Shown here piece after piece: positions 17,299 to 26,514 of a stretch of DNA of 32,000 nucleotides. The notes under the pieces were generated by a model. The model made no database searches. It was given only the letters and a program-made list of their open reading frames with translations, and was not told where the DNA came from. Numbering within the stretch: the first letter of the stretch is position 1; each line of letters begins with the position of its first letter. The position numbers and the translations under genes were made by a program. The stretch comes from Opitutales bacterium (GTDB lineage Bacteria; Verrucomicrobiota; Verrucomicrobiia; Opitutales; PNEW01), in the NCBI GenBank assembly GCA_965219535.1, contig CBDCNV010000002.1:780001-812000 (forward strand), given 5' to 3'.

Positions 17299-18726
17299 AT
17301 GTCTGAGTCGCCTCAAATTGAACCCAGTGAACCACGCTCCGCCCGATTATGGGAAGCGCTAATACCCGTCGTTCTCCTCGTCGTTTTTCTCAGCTATTAT
17401 ATCATCCAGTTAAAAGGTGAGAATCCGCATTTACCGCTGATCGGGGGCACGATTATAGCTGGAGCGATGGCCTGGCGGCTGGGTTATAAATGGGGAACTA
17501 TCCAGGACGGAATCATCGGGGGAATTATGATTTCAATGCAGGCGATCCTCATCCTAATGCTTATTGGTATGCTGATCAGTACCTGGATCGCAAGCGGCAT
17601 CGTGCCATCGATGATATTCTATGGCCTGGAATTACTCTCACCCACTTACTTTTTCTTTGCGGCGTGCATCATCTGTGCGGTGGTTTCGCTCGCCACCGGC
17701 AGTTCCTGGACAACGGCGGGTACGGTTGGTGTAGCACTGATCGGGATAAGTGATGGATTAGGTTTACCCTTACCGATTACGGCCGGGGCTATTATCTCGG
17801 GTGCCTATTTTGGCGATAAAATGTCACCTCTGTCCGACAGCACGAATCTCGCCGCCGCCGTCGGGAACGCTGAATTATTCGAGCACATCCGGCACATGAT
17901 TTATACGACCCTGCCGGCATTGATAATCGCGCTTATCCTCTATCTGGCAATTGGCTTAAATCTCAGTGTGGAACAAGCAGAGCAATCCGACGTGCTCGTT
18001 ATTATGGGAACTCTGGAGGAAAATTTTACCATTCACTGGCTGCTTCTCACGCCTGTCCTGCTCGTGGTCTTAATTGTTTATTTACGTATCGCAGCCATCC
18101 CCGCTCTGCTCGGCGGTATACTTCTGGGATGCTTGGTCGCTATGACTGTACAAAATGTTTCATTTGGTAATATCCTGGAAATTGCGCACTCCGGTTACAG
18201 TGGGCAAACCGAAGTTCAGTCGGTCGATGATTTACTCAACCGTGGAGGTCTTCAAAGTATGATGTGGACAGTGTCTCTCATCATTTGTGCCTTATCATAT
18301 GGCGGCGTGATGGAAAAGTCCGGGATGTTGAAAGTAATAGCAGTAACGATATTAAAAAAGGCGCATACGACCGGGTCTCTTGTTGTCGCGACGGTGGCTA
18401 CCTGCATCGGAGCGAATATCGTTGCAGCCGATCAGTACCTGGCGCTCATTTTACCGGGGCGAATGTATCAGTCAGCTTATGCTGATGCCGAACTTGCCCC
18501 CAAAAATCTATCACGCGTTCTCGAAGACAGTGGTACACTCACCTCACCTCTTATACCGTGGAATACCTGTGGTGCTACAATGATTGCAACGTTGGGCGTG
18601 ATGCCCTGGGTCTATGTGCCTTATTGCTTTTTAAATCTGATCACACCCCTTATCTCGATCATTTATGGTTTTACGGGAATCACGATGACCAAAGCGAAGC
18701 AAGAATCAACTGAGACTTCAGCTTGA
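17299..18726 (+). CDS. nhaC: Na+/H+ antiporter NhaC family transporter
   Basis: 475-aa polytopic membrane protein with the NhaC-family block SLATGSSWTTAGTVGVALIGI. Confidence 0.8.
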   Translation: MSESPQIEPSEPRSARLWEALIPVVLLVVFLSYYIIQLKGENPHLPLIGGTIIAGAMAWRLGYKWGTIQDGIIGGIMISMQAILILMLIGMLISTWIASGIVPSMIFYGLELLSPTYFFFAACIICAVVSLATGSSWTTAGTVGVALIGISDGLGLPLPITAGAIISGAYFGDKMSPLSDSTNLAAAVGNAELFEHIRHMIYTTLPALIIALILYLAIGLNLSVEQAEQSDVLVIMGTLEENFTIHWLLLTPVLLVVLIVYLRIAAIPALLGGILLGCLVAMTVQNVSFGNILEIAHSGYSGQTEVQSVDDLLNRGGLQSMMWTVSLIICALSYGGVMEKSGMLKVIAVTILKKAHTTGSLVVATVATCIGANIVAADQYLALILPGRMYQSAYADAELAPKNLSRVLEDSGTLTSPLIPWNTCGATMIATLGVMPWVYVPYCFLNLITPLISIIYGFTGITMTKAKQESTETSA

Positions 18727-18824
18727 ATGCCCTTCGGCATAGTCTAGATTGGTAATGTATGAAGTGAACATCCCCTCCGGGGCTATTTGTATTTATCCGA
18801 TTCCGATTCGCCAAATCGGTTATA

Positions 18825-19970
18825 TTACCTTAACAACTCAAGCACGCGTTTATGAGGGAGCGCATAAATAGTATTACCATTAATTCCCGACATCGTTTCG
18901 GCTGCGATCATCGCATTGATAATAGCTTCTTCTGTCGCTTGAATGGTCGCCTCGAAAATGGGATTTAAATTTTTATTTTTTAAAAAAGAAGCGCTCATCG
19001 TCCGTTTCGTATCTTCACGATCAATACTCGCGGTGGTGAAGGCAATAAAGATGTCCCCGGATGAATTTGATGAAATACTGCCTGTTCGAGCGAGACCTAA
19101 AGTTACCCGTTTAGCGACCCGTTTAAGTTGATAGGGGAGAAGCGGCGCATCCGTGCCAACAACGACGATAATGGAACCGTCTTTATCTTTTCGTTTGTGT
19201 ATTTCCGGCATGAGGTCGTCAATTGCTTTACCGACAGGTACACCACTGATGACAAGCTGCGAGCGACGACCAAAATTTGCCTGGACTAAAACTCCTACCG
19301 TGTAACTTCCCTCATCTTCGGATAGGAGACGCGAGGATGTTCCGATTCCACCTTTAAACTGAAAAGCCACCATCCCTGTCCCACCGCCAATATTTCCTTC
19401 TTCAAGCTGACCCGATTTCGCGTTGTTTAAAGCTTCGAACGCGTGTTTCTGTTTAACGTGAAAACCATTTATATCGTTAAGGCGGCCATCCCAGGTTTCG
19501 GCTACCACAGGCAAGCTGACAGGGTACCCACTCGGATTAGCAGTGAGTGACCAGGCGACGACGGCGTCTACAACCGTTCCGATACTGTGCGTATTGGTTA
19601 TCATGATCGGACCTTCGAGAAACCCTGACTCCTCCAGCCAGTGGCTTCCGGTCATTTCACCGTTGCCATTTAAGGAAAAGTAACCGGCAAGAACTTTTTC
19701 AAAATCAGATTTACCTCGTGGGTGCACAGCGGTCACGCCGGTGCGAACTGGACCTTTCCCTACTTTAAGTGTGCCTTTCCCCTTTATAATCGTAGCGTGT
19801 CCGACTTCTACCCCCGCAACGTCGGTAATGGCATTCCACTGCCCGGTTGCGCCGTCAAATTGAATACCGAGGTCGCGTGCGCGTGGTTTCCCCCAGGTGA
19901 GCAGAGGTATAATACCTGCGGTGAGGTATAGGAAAAAGCGAAGAAAGCAGCGGTTACACTCTAAGCACAT
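18825..19970 (-). CDS. DmpA/BapA-type aminopeptidase (peptidase family S58/P1)
   Basis: ITDVAGVEVGHATI, GVTAVHP, NGNGEMTG, ITNTHSIG, and the self-processing region GNIGGGTGMVAFQFKGGIGTSSR. The N-terminus is hydrophobic. Confidence 0.85.
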   Translation of the reverse strand: MCLECNRCFLRFFLYLTAGIIPLLTWGKPRARDLGIQFDGATGQWNAITDVAGVEVGHATIIKGKGTLKVGKGPVRTGVTAVHPRGKSDFEKVLAGYFSLNGNGEMTGSHWLEESGFLEGPIMITNTHSIGTVVDAVVAWSLTANPSGYPVSLPVVAETWDGRLNDINGFHVKQKHAFEALNNAKSGQLEEGNIGGGTGMVAFQFKGGIGTSSRLLSEDEGSYTVGVLVQANFGRRSQLVISGVPVGKAIDDLMPEIHKRKDKDGSIIVVVGTDAPLLPYQLKRVAKRVTLGLARTGSISSNSSGDIFIAFTTASIDREDTKRTMSASFLKNKNLNPIFEATIQATEEAIINAMIAAETMSGINGNTIYALPHKRVLELLR

Positions 19971-20069
19971 TTAAAGTTTGAAGATATAATTATACCCGGC
20001 GTAAGCAGAGAGTTAATGAACGCGAAATAAATAAAATTATGTCGGGAGAAAGACAATCAGATAAAGGAT

Positions 20070-21236
20070 TTAGGCGAGACGTTTTTTCAGACTGTAAAGA
20101 ATAAAGGCGGCTGAAAGCCCTAGTAGAAACAAGGCGGCTATGGCATAAGTTTCAGCCAGACTAAAGTAAAGTGTGAGCGGATGTGCGATGAGCGGCGAGG
20201 AAAACATACCGAGAAAGATGCAGGTTGTCATCCCACCGACCGCCCTGCCACGATAAGCTTCAGGCGTAACAGCGTTTACCCAGACCGTAACATTAGGCGC
20301 AAATAAACCGAAACCGAGGGACGTAACAATGAGCCCGATAACCGCGAGCCAATAACTGCCGGCGCGGTAGAGAATGAGGTAGCCGATCGCAACGATGATA
20401 AAAACAGCGAGAGAGATGTTAATATAACTGAAACGGCTCTTAATAGATCCATATTGTAAAGACACAAAAGCGCTAATACAGATTGCGGAAGAGAGAGCTA
20501 AACCTACTTTAGTCGTGCTCGTCGTTTCGATTTCATTCATATAAAAGGGAAAGATGACAACTTTGAGGTAGAATATTGCCATCGTCATATAGATGAGTGC
20601 ATAAATAGAACCGAGTATTAAGTAGGGAAACTTTTCTTTTGGCTTATCAATCTGGATAGATTTCTCTTTTTCTTTCTTTTGCGGTTCTGTGATAAAAATA
20701 GAAGCGGCAATAAAGATAAGAAAGGGAATGGCGTATATAAAAAAGGGAACCCGCCAATGAATTTCTGCAAGGACACCACCCAATGCCAAAAAGATCGTAG
20801 AACCAAAACTGGTAAATGAAAATTGATACCCCATTAGTTTTTGGCGTTTTTCTTTATCATAATAGTCAGCCATGAGTGTCACGCAGGTGGTCATTGTCCC
20901 CGCGGCTGATAAACCCAACAACGCTCTTCCGAACATTAAGGCGTAAAGAGAATCCAGGTAGCAACCGGTGGTGCCCCCCAGTCCATATAAAAAGATTGCG
21001 CAGAGTAGCAGTTTCTTCCGGCCATATTTATCGACAATGAGTCCAGCGAGAGGGGCACCGATGGCGGTAAACAGACCCGGTGTGGTAAGAAATAGCCTGA
21101 CCAGCAATCCCGCATTGGGAACATCCTGAAAATGTTCGAGGATCTGTGGCATAGCGGGGATAACCACACCACCGCCCATTCCCGCAATACTACTGGCAAA
21201 GAGTAAAGTAATCAGGCGCGGTGTTTCTTTTTTCAT
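20070..21236 (-). CDS. MFS transporter
   Basis: About 12 predicted TM helices. The MFS loop motif is GLIVDKYGRKK, with a central hydrophilic loop. Confidence 0.85.
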   Translation of the reverse strand: MKKETPRLITLLFASSIAGMGGGVVIPAMPQILEHFQDVPNAGLLVRLFLTTPGLFTAIGAPLAGLIVDKYGRKKLLLCAIFLYGLGGTTGCYLDSLYALMFGRALLGLSAAGTMTTCVTLMADYYDKEKRQKLMGYQFSFTSFGSTIFLALGGVLAEIHWRVPFFIYAIPFLIFIAASIFITEPQKKEKEKSIQIDKPKEKFPYLILGSIYALIYMTMAIFYLKVVIFPFYMNEIETTSTTKVGLALSSAICISAFVSLQYGSIKSRFSYINISLAVFIIVAIGYLILYRAGSYWLAVIGLIVTSLGFGLFAPNVTVWVNAVTPEAYRGRAVGGMTTCIFLGMFSSPLIAHPLTLYFSLAETYAIAALFLLGLSAAFILYSLKKRLA

Positions 21237-21358
21237 AAGGTTATTAAACAGCTCTCTGAAGTAAGGTGAATGAGTTTAAATCGCGAAAAACGGGGAGGGG
21301 AACAAGGTACTTGCGGTGTTAATTGCTCGCCCGAATATCGATTCAACGAACAAGCACT

Positions 21359-22777
21359 TCACGCCACAAGAGCAGGTTTCTGCTTCCATAACGCGGTTGC
21401 CTGTTCGAAAGCGTAAGCGAGTTGCAAAACACCGCGCTCATCCTGGTGGCGGCCCACGATTTGAACGCCTACGGGAAGTCCCTCAGCAGTGAAACCACAA
21501 GGCACTGAAATTGCAGGTAATCCGGTAACCGTAATATAATAACAGGATTTCATCCAATCCATATAGGTCTCCATCTTCACGCCGTCGATTTCCGTAACAT
21601 AGGGTTGCTTTACATCAAAGGGAGGGACCTGGTTGACGGGAAGAATGAGAAATTCGTGATACTCCATGAATTCTCTCACACGGTGGTAAAGTTCAGATCG
21701 CCTGACCTCCGCTTTTCCAATTTGTGGACCGCTTAATTTTTGACCCGCTTCGATATTCCAAATTACCGTTTCTTTGATCTGTTCTCGGTGTTCATCGATC
21801 AAGGCTCCAAAAGACACTTCAAATTTCCATGCCCGCCAGATTTTGAAGGCTTCATCCGCACCGGAAAAATCAGGTTCGCCATCGGCGACATCGCACCCGA
21901 GTGACTCAAATACGTGTCGCTGGCTGTCAATTACCGCCGTAACACGGGGATCCACGGGGAGTCCACCGAGGTCTCGGCTCCAGGCAATAGACACATTTTT
22001 GAAATCACGTTTTAAGGGTTCTTTGAAAGTGTGGCCCGGTTCAGCAATCGCAATCGGGGAGCGTGGATCCGGACCTGCGATCACACTCAACATGTAGGCA
22101 ACATCTTCAACCGTGCGAGCCATGGGTCCCTGTACTGAGAGAGGATACCAACTGGCAAGCGTAGGCCAGACGGGGACTCTACCCGGTGATGGGCGAAATC
22201 CCACAACATTACAAAAATTCGCGGGGTTGCGTAGTGATCCCCCCAGGTCACTGCCATCAGCGATGGGCTGCATCCCGCAGGCAAGGGCGACTGCGGCACC
22301 ACCACTGCTGCCACCACAAGTCTTGGTCGTATCGTAGGGATTGAGGGTCTCTCCAAACACTGTATTATAGGTTTGTGAACCGGCGCCGAATTCAGGGGTA
22401 TTGGTTTTACCGATCGTGATCGCACCAGCCTTTTTTAATCGTTCGACGATCAAGTCATCCACTTCTGGAATGAAATCCTTGAAAATGGGAGATCCCAAGG
22501 TTGTGCGAATTCCCTTCGTTGAGACGAGATCCTTATGCGCAATGGGAATTCCGTGCAAAGGGCCGACCGTTTCGCCGCGAGCCAGAGCGTCGTCAGCCGT
22601 AGAGGCTTGATTCATCGCCTGTTCCGCAAGCAGGGTAACAATGGCATTGACCTTAGGATTAATCCGATCGATTTGGGCTAAATGTGCCTCCATCACTTCT
22701 TTAGCGGAAACCTTCTTTTCGCGAAGAAGTTTCGCTAACTCAGTTGCGGTAGTGAAGCACAGCTCAGGACTAGACAC
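21359..22777 (-). CDS. Amidase (amidase-signature family)
   Basis: AS-family core GGSSGGAAVALA and GSDLGGSLRNPA. The start is GTG at 22777. Confidence 0.9.
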   Translation of the reverse strand: MSSPELCFTTATELAKLLREKKVSAKEVMEAHLAQIDRINPKVNAIVTLLAEQAMNQASTADDALARGETVGPLHGIPIAHKDLVSTKGIRTTLGSPIFKDFIPEVDDLIVERLKKAGAITIGKTNTPEFGAGSQTYNTVFGETLNPYDTTKTCGGSSGGAAVALACGMQPIADGSDLGGSLRNPANFCNVVGFRPSPGRVPVWPTLASWYPLSVQGPMARTVEDVAYMLSVIAGPDPRSPIAIAEPGHTFKEPLKRDFKNVSIAWSRDLGGLPVDPRVTAVIDSQRHVFESLGCDVADGEPDFSGADEAFKIWRAWKFEVSFGALIDEHREQIKETVIWNIEAGQKLSGPQIGKAEVRRSELYHRVREFMEYHEFLILPVNQVPPFDVKQPYVTEIDGVKMETYMDWMKSCYYITVTGLPAISVPCGFTAEGLPVGVQIVGRHQDERGVLQLAYAFEQATALWKQKPALVA

Positions 22778-22940
22778 TAAGATAACTATTTAAAGTGATC
22801 GTAATAAAGGGGGCGTCCATCAGAAAACACAGATGGCGATAAGAGTAAATGAGAACTAGACCCGATGTAAGAAAAACCGCTGGTCGCAGGTTCAAGCTAT
22901 CACTTCAGTTTGAAACGAAAGTCGATAAAAGCGTATTTAA

Positions 22941-23141
22941 CTAATCGGAGGTAGTAAAATCTCGGTCTTTAACCGTCTTACGACGATCATTTCTCGCGTT
23001 CTCAATTGCTTGATCACACAATTGACGAACTATATCGGATAAAGCGGCTGCGGCACTGGATCCCGTGCTCATACCAGCTGTCGTCCGAATATACTTTTTT
23101 AATTTTGAAACAACTACCATTACTTCGCTAGAGTCACTCAT
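22941..23141 (-). CDS. Histone-fold protein, bacterial singlet type (DUF1931-like)
   Basis: 66 aa: VMVVVSKLKKYIRTTAGMSTGSSAAAALSDIVRQLCDQAIENARNDRRKTVKDRDF. The VVxSKxKxxI opening and the RRKTVKDRD ending match the archaeal histone GRKTIKAEDI motif and bacterial histone-fold proteins such as Bdellovibrio Bd0055. The gene is monocistronic with its own flanking spacers. Confidence 0.7.
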   Translation of the reverse strand: MSDSSEVMVVVSKLKKYIRTTAGMSTGSSAAAALSDIVRQLCDQAIENARNDRRKTVKDRDFTTSD

Positions 23142-23282
23142 AAATTGTTATCTACTATTAATGATGCGTTCAGATCAAGAGTTTTATGCAAAAAATGATG
23201 AGTGAATTTCGGGCGATTATTTCGAAATCCTATAATTGCCCGGTGAGTTATAAGCGGATGGGTGACTAATCGTCCTATTACC

Positions 23283-24032
23283 TTAGAGCCTCAAAAGTCG
23301 GCTGGCATTTCCCCCAAGCACTTGACGCTTAGCCTCATCTGAAATTTCTGCGGTGATTATTTTTCCGATTTGAGCGCGTGGATCCATAACCGGGATATCC
23401 GAGCCATAGAGAACGCGGTCCGCCCCCGCTTCATTCACCAATTGTTCGATTACACCCGGGGTGCGAAAGGTTGAGCATGTTTCCAGGTAGATGTTGGGGT
23501 GGGCTTGAGCTCCAGCGATAGCGTCAGCACGTTCATCTGCGACATTACCCGAGTGCCCGGATACTAAAATAGCATCGGGATAATCGGGAGCTATTTTGGC
23601 AAGGTATCGAGTGTGATTTTGCCATTCAACACCGGTATGAAAGAGAATGGCCAATTTGCGTTCATTGGCGAATTCATAGATGGGATGCCATGGGGGCTTA
23701 AAAATTTCGCACGTCGTATAGGGTGGGTAGACTTTTATCGCGCGGAATTTTAATTCATCGATTGCGCGCGTAAGTTCCGGCACCATCCGTTCGGGCATTT
23801 CAGGTGAGACGACAGCATAACCGATAAATCGATCGGGGTGCTTGGCAACAAACTCGGCTGCCCGGTCATTACCTGAGGTCCCGTCAGGATAAAAAGTATT
23901 AAAGAGACAGGAGATGTCGATTCCCGCGGAGTCCATGGCGTGAAGCATGAGCTTCTGATCATAATTGTTGACCCATTTATCCCAACGGCCGACGTGTCCA
24001 TGAAAATCGATAACTTTAATTCCCTCAATCAT
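23283..24032 (-). CDS. Amidohydrolase-2 family metal-dependent hydrolase (lactonase/decarboxylase-type TIM barrel)
   Basis: The full ligand set is present: IDFHGH (HxH), FHTG, SGHSG and YGSD. Confidence 0.85.
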   Translation of the reverse strand: MIEGIKVIDFHGHVGRWDKWVNNYDQKLMLHAMDSAGIDISCLFNTFYPDGTSGNDRAAEFVAKHPDRFIGYAVVSPEMPERMVPELTRAIDELKFRAIKVYPPYTTCEIFKPPWHPIYEFANERKLAILFHTGVEWQNHTRYLAKIAPDYPDAILVSGHSGNVADERADAIAGAQAHPNIYLETCSTFRTPGVIEQLVNEAGADRVLYGSDIPVMDPRAQIGKIITAEISDEAKRQVLGGNASRLLRL

Positions 24033-24799
24033 GACTTACCTGCGTTCGCTAAAATACGTTCAAGATTGCCCGAGCAGACCAGTTTCAATTCATCATCGCT
24101 CAAGTTTGTATGGTGGAGATAAAAAAGCATCGGCCCCATGATAAAACGGGAGTAATAGGAACCATAAACCAAACGTTCGACCCCAAATTCATCACGCAAG
24201 GCCTCGATTTCGCCAAGGGGTTCGTAACGGCTTAATTCGAGGTAAGCGTTAGGGAGAGCCTTCATCGCGGGACGCACCCATAAAGAATGACGGTAATGGG
24301 CTCCGATGATCACCGTCACAAGATTGGGGTATTCCTGGAGGGTGGATACGATATCTTCATTTTCAGCTTCTAAAAGAGGGATCCAAAGGGGAATATGGTT
24401 ATCACTAAACCAGGAGAGCAGGTTATCGTAAGCCCAGGGTTTAAAGATCAAACCTAATTGATGTATCGTATCGTGTATATGTAACCTGGCGCAATTAACT
24501 CTTCCCTTTGCGTGCAGATCTTTAATCTGTTCGAGTGAGGGATCGGAGGACAGTACCGACCACAGCGGTTGCAGGCGCCCGTCATTTCCGATCCATTCTA
24601 CCAGATCTTCGTTGCCATCAATGGGGCTGCGGTGTTCACCCTGGGCGTGGTAGATAAGTGCACGTTCAACTCCATGACGGTCCATTTCAGCGAGTAGATC
24701 GTCGCGGTTGCGGTCTGGGGATACCTCCTCCGGTCGGTCTCCAACCCTGACGTTGGCATCAAATACAGGCACCCGTGCTTTAAAATTCAGTGTCGTCAT
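24029..24799 (-). CDS. Amidohydrolase-2-like protein with degenerate metal and catalytic residues
   Basis: Collinear with the downstream paralog, but HxH is replaced (VFDANVRVG) and YGSD is replaced (VYGSYYS). It has ATGA overlaps at both ends (24029-24032 and 24796-24799). Confidence 0.75.
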   Translation of the reverse strand: MTTLNFKARVPVFDANVRVGDRPEEVSPDRNRDDLLAEMDRHGVERALIYHAQGEHRSPIDGNEDLVEWIGNDGRLQPLWSVLSSDPSLEQIKDLHAKGRVNCARLHIHDTIHQLGLIFKPWAYDNLLSWFSDNHIPLWIPLLEAENEDIVSTLQEYPNLVTVIIGAHYRHSLWVRPAMKALPNAYLELSRYEPLGEIEALRDEFGVERLVYGSYYSRFIMGPMLFYLHHTNLSDDELKLVCSGNLERILANAGKS

Positions 24800-25023
24800 A
24801 GATTATTGTTTAATTTGAGCGCCTCTGGAACCGGGGGCAAATCAATTTCGAGGGAGGGATCGGAAAGTGTGCAAATATTCTCAGCATATGCTGAAAAAAG
24901 TATACCGCCAACAATACCGCTAATCAATCCCAGGGACGTAATGTGATTGGGTGTTACCGGTGTTTTACATAAGGGGAGAATAAGATAATGAGCGATACGA
25001 CTGTCCCATGATTTCAGCGCCAT
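24796..25023 (-). CDS. Small membrane protein or gene remnant resembling the N-terminus of a CDP-alcohol phosphatidyltransferase
   Basis: I use the ATG at 25023; the track starts at TTG 25059. RIAHYLILPLCKTPVTPNHITSLGLISGIVGGILF resembles the first TM region of CDP-OH transferases, but the catalytic DGxxAR...D motif is absent. The 4-nt ATGA overlap with the next gene argues for translation. Confidence 0.35.
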   Translation of the reverse strand: MALKSWDSRIAHYLILPLCKTPVTPNHITSLGLISGIVGGILFSAYAENICTLSDPSLEIDLPPVPEALKLNNNL

Positions 25024-25251
25024 AAATATTCTTTGGTTAAACTCTATAAAGAGATCCAACTTTAAGTTGAATTATGTCATGTGGCGAAACGAGCTAATTC
25101 ATCAACTGATAGATACAAATCGCAAACACTTCATTTATTAGAAACTGCCCCTTGATCATTCCCATTTTGAAAATGTCCGCACCCTTTCGGAGCGATTCAA
25201 GATAGTCAACAGCGGGGACTTTTTTTTAAGGAAAGCCGAAAGTGAAATTCA

Positions 25252-26466
25252 CTATGGCCGGACCGGTGTTCCATCTGGAAGGCGGGTCTGCGTCCACCAC
25301 TGCCATTGCATGGTCTCTTCGATACAGGGATGTTTGGCTGCGAGCGATTCATCGATGTCGATGCCGAGCCCAGGTTTATCATTAGGATACAAGTACCCAT
25401 CGCGGACTTCAGGTATGCCGGGAAACATGTCACAGGTTAAATTATTAAAACGGCACCACTCCTGAATACCGAAATTGGGGGCCCAAAGATCGAGGTGCAG
25501 GTTGGCCGTGTGGCCGACCGGCGAGACGTCACCCGGACCGTGCCAGGCAGTCCGCACGCCATAGACATTGGCTAAAGTGGCGGCGTTACGAGCGGGAGTA
25601 AGCCCCCCCATGACGCTGATATGCATACGGATGAAATCGATGAGGCGATCTTGAATAAGTGATGTCCACTCAAGAGGATGGGTAAAAAGCTCACCCATCG
25701 CGAGAGGCGTGGATGACTGATTTCTGAGATGCCGAAACCATTCGAGGTCCTCGGGTGCGAGTGCATCTTCGAGAAAAAACAATTTATAAGGTTCAACATC
25801 TTTGGCAAAAGCAATGGCGTCGATGGGCTGGAGTCGTTCATGAATATCGTGAAGGAGTTCTATTTCTGGTCCCACCGAATTTCGAACATGCTCTATCATC
25901 TCGATCGCCTCCCGGGCATAAGCGCGAGGGTCAAAGTAATTGCCATCGGGCGCACCTTCAGGTTTGTGAAGTTTCGCTGGATTACCGCCATAGCCTCCCA
26001 CCTGAATGCGGATATATTTGTAACCCTGATCGATAAATTGATTTACGCTATCTTCAACTTCACGCTTATCCTTTCCGTCCGCGTGGGTGTATACCGCCGC
26101 GCCCTCTCGACATTTACCCCCGAAAAGCTGATAGACCGGCATCCCCGCGCGCTTACCCTTGATGTCCCAGAGGGCGATATCCACTCCGGAAATGGCATTG
26201 TTAAGGACCGGACCGTTACGCCAGTAAGCGTTGACCATCGACATCTGCCAGATTTCTTCAATCTTATCAACGTCTCTACCGATAAGGAAGGGGCGCAGGT
26301 GAACATCGATAGCTTTTTGGATAGCGTGAAATCGGGGAGAAAAAGTTGCACAACCCAAACCATAAAGACCGGGTTCGGAGGTGATAATTTTGACAACGAT
26401 AAGAGGAGCGCCTTCCGGCTGAGTCAAAATAGTTTTTACATCTTTTATTGTTACTGAAGAAGCCAT
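25252..26466 (-). CDS. Enolase-superfamily sugar-acid dehydratase, D-mannonate dehydratase (ManD/RspA) subgroup
   Basis: The 404-aa length fits, as does the N-terminus IKDVKTILTQPEGAPLIVVKIITSEPGLYGLGCATF. Also present are NAISGVDIALWDIKGK, the ManD-typical AYWRNGPVLN loop, and metal-ligand regions (IRIQVGGYG, FFLEDA, GELF). Confidence 0.9.
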   Translation of the reverse strand: MASSVTIKDVKTILTQPEGAPLIVVKIITSEPGLYGLGCATFSPRFHAIQKAIDVHLRPFLIGRDVDKIEEIWQMSMVNAYWRNGPVLNNAISGVDIALWDIKGKRAGMPVYQLFGGKCREGAAVYTHADGKDKREVEDSVNQFIDQGYKYIRIQVGGYGGNPAKLHKPEGAPDGNYFDPRAYAREAIEMIEHVRNSVGPEIELLHDIHERLQPIDAIAFAKDVEPYKLFFLEDALAPEDLEWFRHLRNQSSTPLAMGELFTHPLEWTSLIQDRLIDFIRMHISVMGGLTPARNAATLANVYGVRTAWHGPGDVSPVGHTANLHLDLWAPNFGIQEWCRFNNLTCDMFPGIPEVRDGYLYPNDKPGLGIDIDESLAAKHPCIEETMQWQWWTQTRLPDGTPVRP

Positions 26467-26514
26467 AGCATTTCTACATTATTGGTGTAACCTCCGGGTA
26501 TTACCTAAGCTCAG

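Noticed and set aside
22882-22897. ggtcgcaggttcaagc, which resembles a tRNA T-arm
   Set aside because: There is no complementary 3' T-stem, acceptor or anticodon arm nearby. It is not a tRNA, and too short to call a remnant.
25729-26457. 242-aa ORF antisense to the ManD-type dehydratase
   Set aside because: It lies entirely within a strongly supported gene on the other strand, and its sequence is low-complexity and non-protein-like. It is a shadow ORF. The same applies to 8987..9457, 9534..9904, 6178..6546, 7432..7830, 21774..22610 and the other nested track ORFs.
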